From NCBI GenBank assembly GCA_009914755.4, contig CP068257.2, positions 28,736,001-28,800,000 on the forward strand: a stretch of DNA of 64,000 bases. The letters are read 5' to 3'. The translations under genes were made by a program, and so were the position numbers. Below are positions 28,322-43,600 of this stretch, piece by piece. The DNA is from the human T2T-CHM13v2.0 reference genome, Homo sapiens. Position 1 is the first letter of the stretch. Each line of letters begins with the position of its first letter. Below the pieces are notes generated by a model, which made no database searches, was not told the DNA's origin, and saw only the letters and a list, made by a program, of their open reading frames with translations.

Positions 28322-28749
28322 TGATTAGGTATAAATTATTAGGTTCATACCTAAGGTTAAATAAGTTAAAATCAAATGCTTACAAATGAAAAAACAATTT
28401 ATAATTAATGTCTTTTGTTTAGAAAATCTAGACAAGGAAAATACATGTGAAAATATTCAGAAATTATGAGTGTCAACATCTAAGAAAGGTCTTGATATAT
28501 AAACATACATGTGAAAATATTTAGAAATTACCAGGGCCAAAATCTAAGAAAGGTGTTGATAAATAAACAAGCAGAAAGCCATGGAATTCATGACTACTTT
28601 TAGAATAGGAATGTTGTCAAATCCAAAAGAGAGGCTGAAGTTCAGCTCCAAATCATTTCAGTGCTTAAGTTAAGAGGATATAGGAATACCAGGGTTCTTG
28701 TTCTATCCTTCCAAAATCAAATTTAAATTCTTCCAGGAGGAGGATAACA

Positions 28750-31700
28750 TCACAGTGAGCTCTAAATTATTTCTTTATATAGATAAATTTAGATACAAAT
28801 GTAAATATAGATACCTATTTATATATAGATATAGATACCATTGCAGATATAGTTATATCTAGATACACATGAAGACGCAGATATAGTCTAGTACCCAACA
28901 AAAATTTACCAGGCTTCAGAAGTTAAAAAATTATTAAATCCAAAATATAGATATATGTAGCAGAATTAGGCTTACAAGAGCTTCAGTAAATGAAAATATT
29001 AGACATAAATGTTAAATAACTACACTTGACATGCTTAGGGAATAAAAAGATAGATGAAAAATTTTGGCAGAGTACTGAAGTATATTAAAAGAACCAAAAA
29101 CAGATTTTAAAATTAAAAAATGTGATAAATTAAAATATTGAATTGGTGAACGGATTAAAACAAAATTAAACATGGCTAAAGAGATAATTAGTTATTGTTC
29201 ACTAGAATATATACAAACAAAAAAAATAAAGGAAAATTATTAAAATATTTAAAGGAGTTTCAGAGACTATGGAACATGTGAAACAGTCTAACATAGTTGC
29301 TGCTAGAGTCCTAAAACAAAATTATGTGTCTCTGTGTGTGTGTGTGTGTGTGTACATATGGCTAGAAATAAGTCCACATATCACTAAATCTAAGAGAAGT
29401 CATATGTAATAAAAACAGATTCACAGGGGATCCAAAGATAATTTTTGAATAGAGGAAATATCAAATCCATATATTCAAGAACTACTAAAAATCCCATGCA
29501 TGATAAATATGAAGACAAGCCCATAACTAGGCATATTGGAATCTCACTGAGGAACAGGAAAGAAAAAGAGAAAAACTTAAAGCAGCCAGAGGTGGGAAAA
29601 AAATTTAAAAAGAAATTTACCTTCATCAAAGCAACTGGGATTAAAAGCTAAATTTTAAACAGAAAAGAAAAAATATAAGAAAACAAATACATGTCCTCAA
29701 ATATTAAAAAAATTCAAAAGTAGAGTAATATGACCAATAAATGTCTGTTTTAAAAATGGAAGAGAAATGGAGGATGTACAAAAGCACCTTTTATGTTTAG
29801 GCAATGTTTGGACAGTTAATTTACAATAAACAGAGAATAACTAGGGCTAGACCTTTATAATGGTTATTCATTACTCCATCATTTTGAAACTCATCATTTT
29901 GAGTGTTTAGTGACAATAATCCTAGGTTTCACCTCCACTTATTCATTTTACTGGGACAAATTTATGATTGATAATTCTCTTTCCAGGTTTTCTGCTTATT
30001 CTAAGTAATTTTGCATATATAATAAAATAAACCTTTTTACCCATCACTATTATATACCGAAATTTAATATGATATTATTTAGATAATATAACTTTTGGCA
30101 GCAGCAAATCTTGGTAGCTCAAATCAACCCTATCAATAAGATCCCTAGTAAAACTGAATAAAACAATCCTCATATAAACTCTAGAGCACACTCAGGCTAA
30201 GAACTGCTGGAACAAAATTAGGAGACGGTTTAAATCAAAGGAAGTGTTGACAGTTAAGCTGCTTTCTTCCCAGAATTGTTCATTGATTTAAAAAAAAAAG
30301 GATATTAATGGGCTCATGGCTTGAATGACCACAAGCAATCAGACTACAGGACCTTCTAAGGACCTGGGAACACACGTGAACATGCTAAGTTTTTGGTAAG
30401 GATCTTAAATAGTCTATCAGAATTTTTAAGAGCAAGCATATATAGAATATGTTTCATAGAAACTGAAGCCAACCTTTGAACTGCATTGATCTTGGTGATA
30501 TGGGAGTGTTAGTAACATTATCCCAGCATGCTATATCCAAAGTAAATTTGTCTGCAAATAAAACCACTCAAACTCTCAAATTGCCTATGGTAATTAATTA
30601 AAAATGACCAATTCTATAAAAAAGCAAGATATGACCAAGCCAAGAGACAATACAGAGTGCAAATAAATCCACAAGAGATGAAGGTATTAGAATATACAGA
30701 AAAACAATTGTGGTTATTATTGTTCTTAAAAAATTTAAGACAAATTTAAGAATTTTGACAGAATACCATTATCTATATAACTAAACACAAAAATATTAAA
30801 AATATAAAATACAATAATTAGAATGAACAAATCTAAAACAATTCCAATGGCAAACTAAAATACTAAACACTCTGAAACTATAGACCAACCTCCCCACTAG
30901 ATGAAATATAGACTATAATAAAGAGCACTGATCAGAGAGTGGCAGGATCTGGTTGCAGTTTAGACAAATTGGAAGTGGAATCAAGCTGATTGAATTTGGT
31001 AACGGTGCTTGTTTAACTCAATTAATTGAGGAATTTTACTGAGAAGCTCTTTACCTTTCTAAAATGCACAAGGAAGGGATTATATTCTCTGGAAAATGAT
31101 AAAAATATTTGCAGATGTATATTTGTGTGTATGTATGCATGCACACACAAATGTATGGGTGTATAAATAGTAATATTTATATGCCACAAGCCACAGCTTT
31201 TCTATGCCTATAATGCAATAAAACATTACAAGATACTTGAAAAGGCATGTAAATGTTAGCCAAAGGAAAACATTTAATAGAAGAAAATTCACATTTAATA
31301 AAAACACTAGAATTACCAAGCATTGACTGTAAAATGACTATGATATTTGAATGATTTAAGAAAATATTAAGATAATTGATAAACTTTAAGATATGAAAAT
31401 AATAAAAAGTAATCCAATGAATATCCCCAAACAGAAAGATAAAAGTTTTAAATAAAATGTATCGGATAGAATGAAGAAAATATTTGACAAGACAGTAACA
31501 AAGATAAATAAACTTGAAAATAAATTTTTTAGAAAAGATTATCTAAGTACACAAAGAAATTGAGAATGAAAAATGAGACAGAGTAAGTTATTAAAGACTT
31601 GCTGAAAAACATTAAGCAATTTAAAAATTATGTAACAGAAGTCCCAGCAGAAGTGGGCCAGAAAAAAGCATAGAAAAGCTATTAGTCAAAATGTTGCGTT

Positions 31701-32520
31701 TTTGACAAAAATACCACAACAGCGAGCAAGCAACAACAACAAAAATCCCTTCAACCCCCAGATCCAAGGATCTTGGGATTTTGAAATCAGAATAAAGATA
31801 AAGAAATTCAGACTTAGGCATACAATAATTAATTCATGAAAATGAAATAAAGAGAAGTTCTTAAAAGTAGCCAGAATTTTATAAACTACACATTTTTTAG
31901 AGAAATAGCAATAAGAATTATAGCTAATTTACAGCATAAATATTGAAAGTTAGAAAAAAATGGAATGATAGCTTTGAAAGGCTGAAAAAGAAAAATAATC
32001 AACCTAGAATTTGATGACAGTTAAATATATCCTTCAAAAATGAAGGAAAAAAACCCATAAATTTTAAATCTGCACAAATTATTGATAAAATAAGTAATTT
32101 GACCAAGGCTGATTGGTAATAAATTGATCAGCAATTTTTAGAAGAAGTGGGTAAAGCTGCAAAAATAAGTTGTATAGTCTCTGGACAGCACCCCTCAGAT
32201 CTGAAATAATTCAATCTATACATCAGGGATGCAAATCCACAAACCAGAAAATGGCAAGCCAATATTTTCACAATGAAAAGCACACAAATTTTGAAATTTT
32301 CTATTTTCACAATGTTGACAAATAATTCATCTTTTATGCTTAAATGAAAAATCAAACTACCCCTGGATGCCTACACTGTACAGACCTTACCAATAGAATC
32401 TTGGGGCTGGATTAACCAGGATCTGGTTGCATATCAAGTCTCTATTCTCATACCCCCACATCATTCACACAATAATACAAGTGTAGAAATAGAGATTAGA
32501 ATAAAATGAAACAGATGTGT
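28750..32520 (+). mobile_element. cluster of degenerate ancient L1 (L1M-type) fragments
   Basis: The region is A-rich. 'cttaaagcagccagaggtg...' near 29570 and 'aatatatccttcaaaaatgaaggaaaaaaacc' near 32030 resemble the 3' end of L1 ORF1 ('aaagcagccagagaaaaa', 'atatccttcaaaaatgaaggtgaaataaag'). Identity is too low to set boundaries. Confidence 0.35.
29325..29354. repeat. (TG)n microsatellite
   Basis: tgtgtctctgtgtgtgtgtgtgtgtgtgtac. Confidence 0.9.
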
Positions 32521-33703
32521 CTACAAGCCTCTTTGATTGGTGCAGAGAACATGAACTAGAATTCTATAATTTTTCAGAACAAATTGGTTAACTTTCTACT
32601 CTTAGCTAAGAGTAGTTTTGCTCTCTATTCATCATGTGGCTACCCTAATGTTTTGCCATGAAGACTATTTTGAAGAAGTGTTTCAAAAACAGAAAGAATG
32701 GAGAAGGCTAAGACATTTAACCTTACTGAAGGAAATGGAGGAGAAATTAATTCTGCTTTGGAATATAAAAACAAAATTTTTTTTTCAGATAATTATATAA
32801 ATTTTGTGCAGTTACTGACTCCTTTTTTCTCTATGCTTCTTTTAAAATTGAACTACTTGATTTTATTGATCTTCACAAAACCTAAATTTGACTCTGTTGA
32901 TTTTCTGTTTTATGTTTGACTTCTATTTAATTGGCTTCTGTTCTTGCCGTCATAATTTTCCACCTTTATAATTTCAGACATTTCTTTTGGCTTAAATTGC
33001 TATTTTTTTTTCCTAGCATCCTCAAATAAAGTACTGAAAATTTGATTTCAAGCTTTTTAATATTCTCATTAAAATCTAAAATTTTCCTTCTAAACAGTTA
33101 AATCTCTCAAATTTTACTGCATTTTATCATCAGTATCATGTATTTCAAAATATTGTCTAATTTCCATTGTGGTATTTCTTTCTTTAACGTTTGAATTATT
33201 ACAAATGGCATTGATTAATTTACAATTGTATGAGATTTTTTAAGTTAAACACCAGAAATTAATTTGTCTTACATCTGCTTATATTTTACCCTTTAAAAAG
33301 TGTATTGCCAGTGCTCAACTGAATAATAGCTCACATTTAAAGTCTGATGCCAGCACCTGTGATAGATTTCATTTTAACAAATTTTCTTTTCAAAATAAAA
33401 TTTGCATGATTTAAGGGTAATAAACTTTTTAACCCTGGAATAATGTGGTGGCTTGTTATCTATTCATTTTCTAATGTTATTTTCTTGTGTATTTGTGGTA
33501 TTAAAATTAAAGATCTATAGTTCTCTGTGAATGAGCTTTGTATACAAAGCCTTAACCGATATCCTCAGAGTTTTTAACTCTCTTAAAGTAATAATTTCCC
33601 AGTAGTTCAGAATTTGACAGTGAAGCATTCTCTGACTAAACACCTCAGGAGCAGAGAAGAGCTTAATTCACTCCATGAACCATTGCCCATGTGTTGCTGC
33701 TAA

Positions 33704-34171
<468 letters not shown>

Positions 34172-34821
34172 TAGTAAATATCTTTGAATTCACCCCATTT
34201 TGGGTGCAAAGTTGCCTGAATCCCTGCATTCGCCAACTGGCTTCCAGACTGATTTATTTCTCTGAGTGTGTGTAAGTAGATTATAACTGAACCTATGGGG
34301 GAAAGGATATAGACGTGGAAGCTGTGGGTTCCATGTTAGTGCTTTCCCATGGCTCAAACTCAGTGTAGCTGGAAATAACCTTCTGTAGCAGCCAATATGG
34401 CTATTTTAGTTATATCTCACAAACAAGGATGCTATTTGATTTTCTTTTAATGGTTACTTTCTAAGTTTTCATGAATGTAGTATTTCACAAAATAATAAGT
34501 TGTCAAAAATATGACTGGTTGTAAATGAGCTAAAATTAAAAGCAAAATGACACCTTTGTGTAGAGCTGACCAATCTTTAAATAAATTTTCTATGCATCAT
34601 CTCCTTACACCCTCAAGCAGACCTGTGAGAGAATTCACTCATAGTCTAAGGTTCTTTTGCATATGAGAAAATACAGTCTCTAAGAGAATCATAGACTTGA
34701 CAAAAGTGCCATTCCTTTAAAAAATGAGAATGTTTCACTCTTTCTGGTAAGAAACTGTGTAGATCACCAAATTAAATTTAATGTATTAAGGTGGCACTTG
34801 AGCTCTAAAAGAGTCAGTATC

Positions 34822-35503
34822 TTTTTTTTTTTTTTTTTTTGGACAGGGTCTCACTCTATTGCCCAGGCTGGAGTGCAGTGATTTGATCACAGTTCCTTGC
34901 AGCCTTGAATTCTGGGCTCAGGTGATCCTCCTACCTCAGCCTCCTGGGTAAATGGGACAATAGGCACATGCCACCATGCCTGGTGATATGGTTTGGCTGT
35001 GTCCCCACCCAAATCTCATCTTGAATTGTAGCTCCCATAATTCCTACATGTTGTGGGACGGGCCCAGTAGGAGATAATCGAATCATGGGGGCAGTTTCCC
35101 CCCTACTGTTCTCGTGGTAGTAAATGAGTCTCATGAGATCTGACGGTTTTATAAGGGGAAACCCCTTTCACTTGGTTCTCATTCTCTTCTGTCTGCCGCC
35201 ATGTAAGATGTGCCTTTTGCCTTCCACCATGATTGTGAGGCCTCCCCAGCCACATGGAACTGTGAGTCCATTAAACCTCTTTTTCTTTATAAATTACCCA
35301 GTCTTGGGTATGTCTTTGTCAGCAGTATGAAAATGTATTAATACAACTGGCAAATTTTCTGTTTATTTATTTTTATTTTTTATTTTTATTTTTTTGTAGA
35401 GACAGGGTTTTGCCATGTTGCCCAGACTGGTCTCAAACTCCTGGGCTAAAATGATCCACCTGCCTTGCCCTCCTAAAGTGCTGGGATTACAGGCGCGAGC
35501 CAA
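34822..35503 (-). mobile_element. old Alu (J-type-like) split into two parts (34822-34983 and 35346-35503) by a THE1 LTR insertion
   Basis: The left part ends at ...ccaccatgcctgg, in the middle of the Alu. The right part resumes with c.aaattttctgtttattta...gtagagacagggttttgccatgttgcccagactggtctcaaactcctgg...aagtgctgggattacaggcgcgagcca, which is the remainder of the same Alu. Confidence 0.8.
34984..35345 (+). mobile_element. THE1-type MaLR solo LTR inserted into the Alu
   Basis: tgatatggtttggctgtgtccccacccaaatctcatcttgaattgtagctcccataattcctacatgttgtgggacgggcccagtaggagataatcgaatcatggggg...ttataaattacccagtcttgggtatgtctttgtcagcagtatgaaaatgtattaataca. Flanking direct repeats are cctgg / actgg. 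Confidence 0.85.
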
Positions 35504-38500
35504 GAGGCAGTTTCCAGGTCACGCAGCAAGCAGAGGATGGAACCCTGCTTCCTAAGTTTCATTTTAATGCAGTTTCAATTGTGTCCTGTGGTCTCATTTT
35601 CCCTCCCTTCATCGGCCCTCTTTCTTATTCTTCTCCTCCCCATTATCACCACCATCCTCATCACCACTAGATTGCTTGGGTAATAATCATGGTTAGTAGA
35701 CTTTTACTGGGAAATCCAAAGGGATTGAAATAATGAGTGAAAATATGGAAGGTTCTATTCAGTTTTCTGTGACAGAAATTGGAATGACAATGTTCGATGC
35801 TCCCTGGTGAACTTGATCTAATTTTGTTTATAACTTTCATAATTTAAAAAATGTTATAATTCAAGTTAGCTCTATATATAGAATTCTCATCTGTGAGTTT
35901 CTGCCATCTTAGAGATCTAGAACACAGACACAAATAGCATTAACATTAAAGAATACTTTCTGGCTAAGCCAAAGCCATCTTGGATTAATGGAAATGATAT
36001 GCCTATTTTAGATATAAAAGTGGTTCTCTGGCCTCTGGAAATACTCTAGTTAGAAAAGCAAACTACCTTTTAAAGACTAATATGATAGTTTCAATAATAA
36101 TTACACAACTATATAGTGAAGCATGCTTATGCTTACACAACTGGTAGTTATAATGTTGGAGACAATAAATTTGCAATATCAAAACTGGTACTAAAGTTAA
36201 ATAGATTAATATCTAATTTCAGGATGAAATAACGATAAATTTATCATCATATTATAAACTCTATCATTATAAACTTTATCATTCTATCTCAAGAAACTAT
36301 CCCAATGCCATATTAAAGTTTCTCTAAAAATGGCCAGCCGAAATCCCTGACTCTTTTGCAACATTTTGAATTTACCAGGATTAAGGTAGATTTCTCCCTA
36401 TATTCCAGCAACTCAGCAACAGTGATTCCAGATCTCCACTTCCCTACGAAGGCAGTCCTGCTCTCTACCAGATTTCTATTAGATCTCTCATGGGCTTTGC
36501 CTCTACCAGTGGTGTGGGTTTCCACTGCTGCCTTCCCTGTTTGATCTGTTACATTCATTAGCTCTGTGAGTCTTGAATCTGGGGGTTCAGGTCTTAAGTT
36601 CCTGCTGCCCTAGCAACTGTATTTCCAGAAATTACCATCCATCTAGCTACTGGCCAGCATGTGGTTCTGACTTCCAGGAATTACTGTATTCAGTTTCCCA
36701 GGAAGCTCATCATGAATCATTTATATGCAATTGATTTTACCAATTTTTATTTATTCTTGTCACTTTAGTGATTACAGATAACAACTTTGTTCCTCCCAAC
36801 CTTAACTTCTGTATTTTTCATTAGTCATGCCTCAGTAGCATTTTGTCACTTTTCAAAATAAGATTCATCTGGCTCTGTTCTTAGGGAATGCATGATGAAA
36901 AAATATTTTATTATATTTTTCAAGGAAAATGCATCCATTCATAGGCTACCATATAATGAGAAAATTTTAAAACAATTTTTTAAAATACAGTTCGTTTCTC
37001 TGAACTTACCATTTAGCAGGTTTAATCGATGTTAACCAAATAATTATTTAATTATAGTTGCTATTAAAGCTGTGAATAAGCAGCCTCAACATATAAGAAC
37101 ACTTAACGAAGAGATGTCACCTACTTAGAAGTCAGCAAAGGTTCCCAAAGAAAGTATCCTATCAGCTGAGTCTAGAGAGTGAGTAAAAATAGCTTGATTG
37201 GGGTGAGAAACTGGAATAAGCATATCCAATTAGAAGGTGCTTTGCACTAATTTGAATGAAAAGGATAAAAACCTATGATTAGTGATATCCAGTCATCAGA
37301 CTATCTGTATGTACTCATTCTACATTGCAAGTTCTGTCTCACATTTCTACATAAACCCTCTTTTACTGTACACCAACTAAATTTCACTTCTTCCCTAAAT
37401 ACAAAATATGCATTTTTTTCTCTCTGCTTTGGTCATTTTACTTTACCTTCTCATATTTCCCTTAGCTATTCTCATAGTTCTTGTGATTTTGATATTCAAG
37501 ATAGCTCCAACTTTTAGATATATGTTTAAAAGTTCTTCTGAAATTGGAGCTAAACTGAATTAGAATGAAATTTAAAGAGTGAGGTAGTCAGGATACGATG
37601 GTATATTGAATGTCGTGATCTTGAACAGGAGAAATTCAATTAATAAACTGCTGTATGTAAAGACCCCACTTTCCGAGCTGAGAGAGTTTGAAAATGGAGT
37701 TCTCAGGCTCGCTGGGGATGGCAGAGGAGGCGTGTTGTTGCAGATGCCTTCTAAGTTAGCTCAATTAATAATATCAATCATCTTTTACATGTCTCCCTGG
37801 TCAGATATCACTTGATACTGTAAACAATAGGCACTTAAAACAAAAAAGATACATATTTATTGTTATAAACAGAAACGAATGTAGCACACTACACACTCAT
37901 ACATACACGTGCAAATCAACTATACTGCACATTCCCAAAACATTTCTAGTCAACATTGAACTATTGGTCTTATAACGAAAAAGCAAAAAATAAAAATAAA
38001 AATAACAGGAAATAAGTGGTAAAACATTCTAGTCACAGGTGCGACTGCTCGCATCGAAAATCCTAAGTAATCTATAAAATTACTATAGAAATATTGATTT
38101 TATTTGTCTATACAAATGAAAAGCATATGAAAAATTAAGTTTAAAATTAAGTTAAAATATATTGTAATAATATCAAAACATATCATTTGTGGAATAGATC
38201 TTGAATCGTATCATGGATCTATGAATTTAGGGATAATTTTTATTATCTCAAATTCACAGATCCAAAACATTCCAAACAAAAGTGCCAAAATTGCCAAAAA
38301 TTGAAAAATTGACTGAAATTTATAAAGTTTAACAGAGGAAGAATAGGCAACACCATCTTTAAAAGGAGAAATAAAATAGGAAGATGTATATCAAAATATT
38401 ATGGTACTGGAATTAAATATAGATAATTAAATTAGTGGAACAAAATAGAGTTATGCAACAGATCCACATGTGTGCTACCTATTTTTTACAAAGATGTGAA

Positions 38501-40558
38501 GTCAATTCGAATGTAAAAACATGTCTTTTCAACAGATGGTATTAGAGTCACTGATATGTGTAAATATCCAGGCATCTGGAGCACCCTCTCTCCTGGATTA
38601 AGAGTTTAGGGCACCCTTTCTACCTTTGCAGAGATCTTGGGACTGAGGAGCTTTCACACCTCCATACCTGACCCGCCTCTGAGTGTTTGGTGTCTGCCGA
38701 CAGAACTCTCCCTCAAGGCTGATGCTTGTGCCTGTCATCAGGGGACCTGTCGGCAGAACTGCCAAGTCTGGCCCTGCCCATCTTGGCCGCTGCTCCCATG
38801 GAGCTGAGCAGGGAACTCAAACCACTGCGCACTCCACAAATCAGCCCATTGGCTGAGGGAACAGAGAGCTTCTCCCAGTAAACAAGGATCAAGTTACGTA
38901 CGTAGCCACGTCGGCTGCAGCTGGCTGTTTCCCATCAGCGCCATCTACTGACTTGCAAGTCAAACCACACAGTCCAGTATAAAACATGCCAACAGAGTGC
39001 GTAGGGCTATAGAAGCAAAGCCAAAAACCCTACCCAGCATTCTCTGCAGTCGCACCCCCTAAGGAAGTAGGAAGGGGAAAGGGAGAGAAAAACAGAGAAA
39101 GAAAGAAAAAGAAAAAATACTACCCCACAAAAATAATTACAATAATTAGAAGTACCAGTGCTTCCAGACGAGAAGAAACCAGCACAGGAATTCTGTCTGG
39201 CACCATGAAAAATCTGTAGTGACACCACGAAAGGATTACATTAGCTCTGCAGCAATGGTCCTTAGCCAAAATGGAAACTCAGAATTGATAGATAAAGAAT
39301 TCAAAGCATGGATGGCAAGGAAGCTCAATGAGATCCAAGACAAGGTTGAAAATCAACAGAAAGAAACTTCTAAAGCGATCCAGGAAATGAAGAAAGAGTT
39401 AACATCTGAAGAAATAATTCAGAGCTTCTTGAAATGAGAAACTCACTTAGGGAATTTCAAAGTACACTTGAAAGCTTTATCAATAGACTGGGCCAAACAG
39501 AAAGAATAATTTTAGAGCTTGAATATTGAACTCTCCTAGGTAGACAAAAATTTAAAAAAATGATTTTTTAAAAAAACTGAAGTCTTTGAGAAATATGAGA
39601 TTTTGTAAAATGACAAGTCCTACAAATTATTAGTATTCCTGAGAGAGGAGAAAAAGTAAACAACCTGAAAAACATATTTGAGGGAATAAATTAATGAAAT
39701 TCCCCTAATGTTGATTGAGAGATAGATATTGAGATATAAGAAATCCAGAGAACACCTGTGATTTGCAATACAAAATGAATGTCACCAAGGCATACAGTCA
39801 CCAGACTGTCCAAGGTCAATGCTAAAAAAATTTTTTAAAGGCAACTAGAGAAAAAAGTCAGATTATGTACAAAGGGAACTCCATCAGGCTAACAGTGGAC
39901 TTTTCAGCAGAACCTTACAAGCCAGAAGAGATTAGGGGCCTATTTTAAGCATTCTTAAAGACAAGGAATTCCAAAATTCCAATCAAGGATTTTCTATTTA
40001 GCCAAACTAAGCTTCATAAGCAAAGGAGGAATGAAATCTCTTCCAGACAAGCAAACACTAAGGGACTTTATTACCGCTAGAACAGCCTTACAAGAGAGCT
40101 TAAAGGAGTTAAAAACCTGCTGCCGCAAACACATATTTAAGTACATAGCTTACAGACCCTACAATACAACCACAGAATAGAATATCAACAAAGCAGCCAG
40201 CTAACAACTTCGTGATAAGATAGAAACTTCACATATCAAAATTAACCTTGAATGTAAATGGCCTAATGTGTCAATTGAATGGCACAAAGTGGCAAATTGA
40301 ATTTAAAAAAGAATATTCATTTGCTGTGTTTAAGAGACCCCTCACACACACTATGACACCCATAGGCTCAAAGTTAAGGGATGGACAAAGATCTATCTCA
40401 CAAAAGGAAAACAGGAAAAAGAGCAGGAGTTGCTATTGTTATATTGGATAAAACAGACTTTAAATCAACAACAGTAAAAGAATAAAAAAGAGCATTACAT
40501 AATGATGAAGGATTTAATTTAAAAAGAAAACTTAACTATCTTAAAGATATATGCACTC

Positions 40559-40650
40559 GGCCGGGAATGGTGGCTCACGGCTGTAATCCCAGCACTTTGG
40601 GAGGCCAAGGCAGGTCAGAGTGAGACTCGGTCTCAAAAAAAAAAAAAAAA
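40559..40650 (+). mobile_element. internally deleted Alu (left-arm start joined to 3' end and A-tail) with perfect 15-bp TSD
   Basis: ggccgggaatggtggctcacggctgtaatcccagcactttgggaggccaaggcaggtcagagtgagactcggtctcaaaaaaaaaaaaaaaa is flanked by 'aagatatatgcactc' on both sides (40544-40558 and 40651-40665). Confidence 0.85.
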
Positions 40651-43600
40651 AGATATATGCACTCAACATTGGAGCACCCAGATTCATAAAACAAGTACTT
40701 CCAGGTCTGCAGAAAGACATACAGCCACACAATGTTAGTGGGGAGACTTCAATACCCCACTGACAGCAGTAGACAGATAATCAAGGCAGAAAACCGATGA
40801 AGAAATTCTAGACTTGAACTCGGCACTTGACTCTAATAAATATCTACAGAATAGTCTACCCATCTACCACAGAATATACATTCTTCTCCTCTGCACACAG
40901 AACATGCTCCAAGATTGACCACATGCTCAGGCATAAAATAAGTCTCGATAAATTTAAAAAAAAAACAAACCTCATTTCATCATACTCTCAGATCACAGTG
41001 CAATAAAAATGGAAATTAATATGAAAAATTTCCCTCAAAACCACACAATTGCATTGCAATTAAGCAGCCTGAATGACTTAGCGGTTAAAAAATGAAATCA
41101 AGGCAGGATTTAAAAATTCTTTGAAATGAATGAAAACTGAGACACAACACACCAAAATCTTTTGGATGCAGCAAAAGTGGTGTTAACAGGAGAGTTTGTA
41201 GAACAAAATGCCTACCTCAGAAAGTTAGAAAGATCTCAAAGATTTGGTATCACACCCAGAGAAACTAGAAAAACAATAACGAGCTAATCACAAATCTAGC
41301 AGAAGAAAAGAAACAAGCAAAATCAAAGCACACATGGAAAAAAATTGAGACCTGAATATTTATACAAAGAATCAATTAAACAAAAAGTTTGTTCTTGGAA
41401 AGGATAAACAAGATGATTCTAACTAGTGACCTATTGATCCCTAGTTAGAGTAACAAAAAATAGAAGAGATAAGATTCAAATAAACATGATCAGAAATGAA
41501 AAAGGTGACATTACAACGAATCTCACAGAGACATAAAAGATCCTCAGAGACTATTATGAATACCTCTATTGAATCAGGAAGAAATTGAAACCCTGGAGAG
41601 ACTAATATTGAGTTCTGAAATTAAATAAGTAATTAAAAAAACTACCAACCAAAAAAAAAAAAAAAAGCCCAGTACCAGATGGATTTACAGTTGAATTCTA
41701 CCAGATGTACAATCAGGAGCTGGTACGAATTCTATTGAAACTATTCCCAAAAATTGAGGAGGAGGGACTCCTCCCTAACTCATTCTATGACTCCAGCATC
41801 ACTCTGATACAACACATGGCAAAAACAAAATTAGAAAAGACAATTACAGGCTAATATTCCTAATAAAATAAACACAATAAAAACTTAACAAATAATTAGC
41901 AAACAGAATCCAATAGCATATCAAAAAGTTAATTTATAGTGATCAAATAGGCTTCATTCCTGGAATGTAATGTTGTGTCAAGATGTGTAAATCAATAAAT
42001 GTGATTTACCACATAAACTAAATTACAAACAAAAACCAAGTAATTATTTCAACAGACAGAAAGAGCTTTCAATAAAATCCAATATTCCCTTACGTTAAAA
42101 AACCCTCAAAAAAACTAGGCATCAAGGGAACATACCTCAAAATGATAAGAGCCATCTATGACAGACCCACAGGCAACATCACACTGAATGAGAAAAATCT
42201 GGAAGCATTCTCCTTGAGAACTGGAATAAGACAAGGATGTCCACTCTCTCACTACTCCTATTCAACATAGTACTGGAAGTCCTAGCTAATGCAGTCAGGA
42301 GAAGGAAAGAAATAAAACGAATTCAAATAGGAAAAGAAGTTAAACTGTATCTCTTTGTGGATAATATGATTCCATACCTAGACAACCATAAAAACTCTGC
42401 CAAAAAGCTCCTGGATTTCATAAATGACTTAAATCAAGTTTCACAACACAAAATCAATGTAAAAAATTAGTAGCATTTCTATATATAACTATTATTTAAG
42501 CTAAGAGCCAAATCAAGAATAAAATAATATTTACAATAGTCACGTCAACAATCAAATACCTGGGAATACATCTAACCAAAGAGGTGAAAGGTCTCTAGAA
42601 GGCAAACTGCAAACCACTGCTGAAAGAAATCATAGATTATACAAACAAATGAGAAAATTTTCATGCTCATGGTTGTGAAGAATCAATACCGTTAAAATGT
42701 CTATACTGCCTAGAGCAATCTACAGATTCAATGGTATTCCTATCGAACTACAAATTTAATTCTTCACAGAATTTTTAAAAAGTATTCTAAAATTCATATG
42801 GAAAAAAAAGGATCTCAAATAGCCAAGGCAATTCTATGCAAAAAGAACAAAGCCAGAGGCATCACATTACCTGACTTCAAACTGTCCTATAAGGCTACAG
42901 CAACCCAAACAGGATGGTACTGATATAAAAACAGATACATAGACCAATGACACAGAATAAAGAACCTAGAAATAAAACTACACACCTACAGCCAGCTGAT
43001 TTTCAACAACTTCAGCAAAAATAAGCAATACAGAAAACACTCCCTATTCAATAAATGATGCTGGGATAGCTAGTTAGCAATCTGCAGAAAAATAAACCTG
43101 GACCCCTATTTTTTACTATATACAAAAATTAACTTAAAATGAATTAAACATTTAAATATAAGACCTCAAACTATGAGAAATCTGAAAGAAAACCTAGGAA
43201 ACACCATTCTGGACATCAGCTTGGGAAAGAATTTATGACTAAGTCCTCAAAAACAATTGCAACAAAACCAGACATTGATGTGGGACCTAATTAAACTAAA
43301 GAGCTTCTGCACAGCAAAAGAAGCAATCAACAGAGTAAACTGACAACCTATGGAATAAAAAAAATTCCACAAACTATGCATCTAACAAAGATGTAATATC
43401 CAGGATGTGTAAGAAACTTAAACAATTGAACAAGCAAAAAGCAAATCACCCCACTAAGAGACACTTCACACACACACACAATACAAGCAGCCAACAAAAA
43501 TATGGAACACATTTCAAATAAAAATCATCAGAAAATTGCAAATTAAAACCACAATGAGATGCATTCAAACCAGTCAGAATGGCTACTATTAAAAAGTCAA

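Noticed and set aside
39219-42470. ORFs 39219..39437 and 42237..42470, and other small ORFs between 38560 and 49555.
   Set aside because: They are recognisable fragments of L1 ORF1p and ORF2p (RT motif) within a decayed L1, not host genes.
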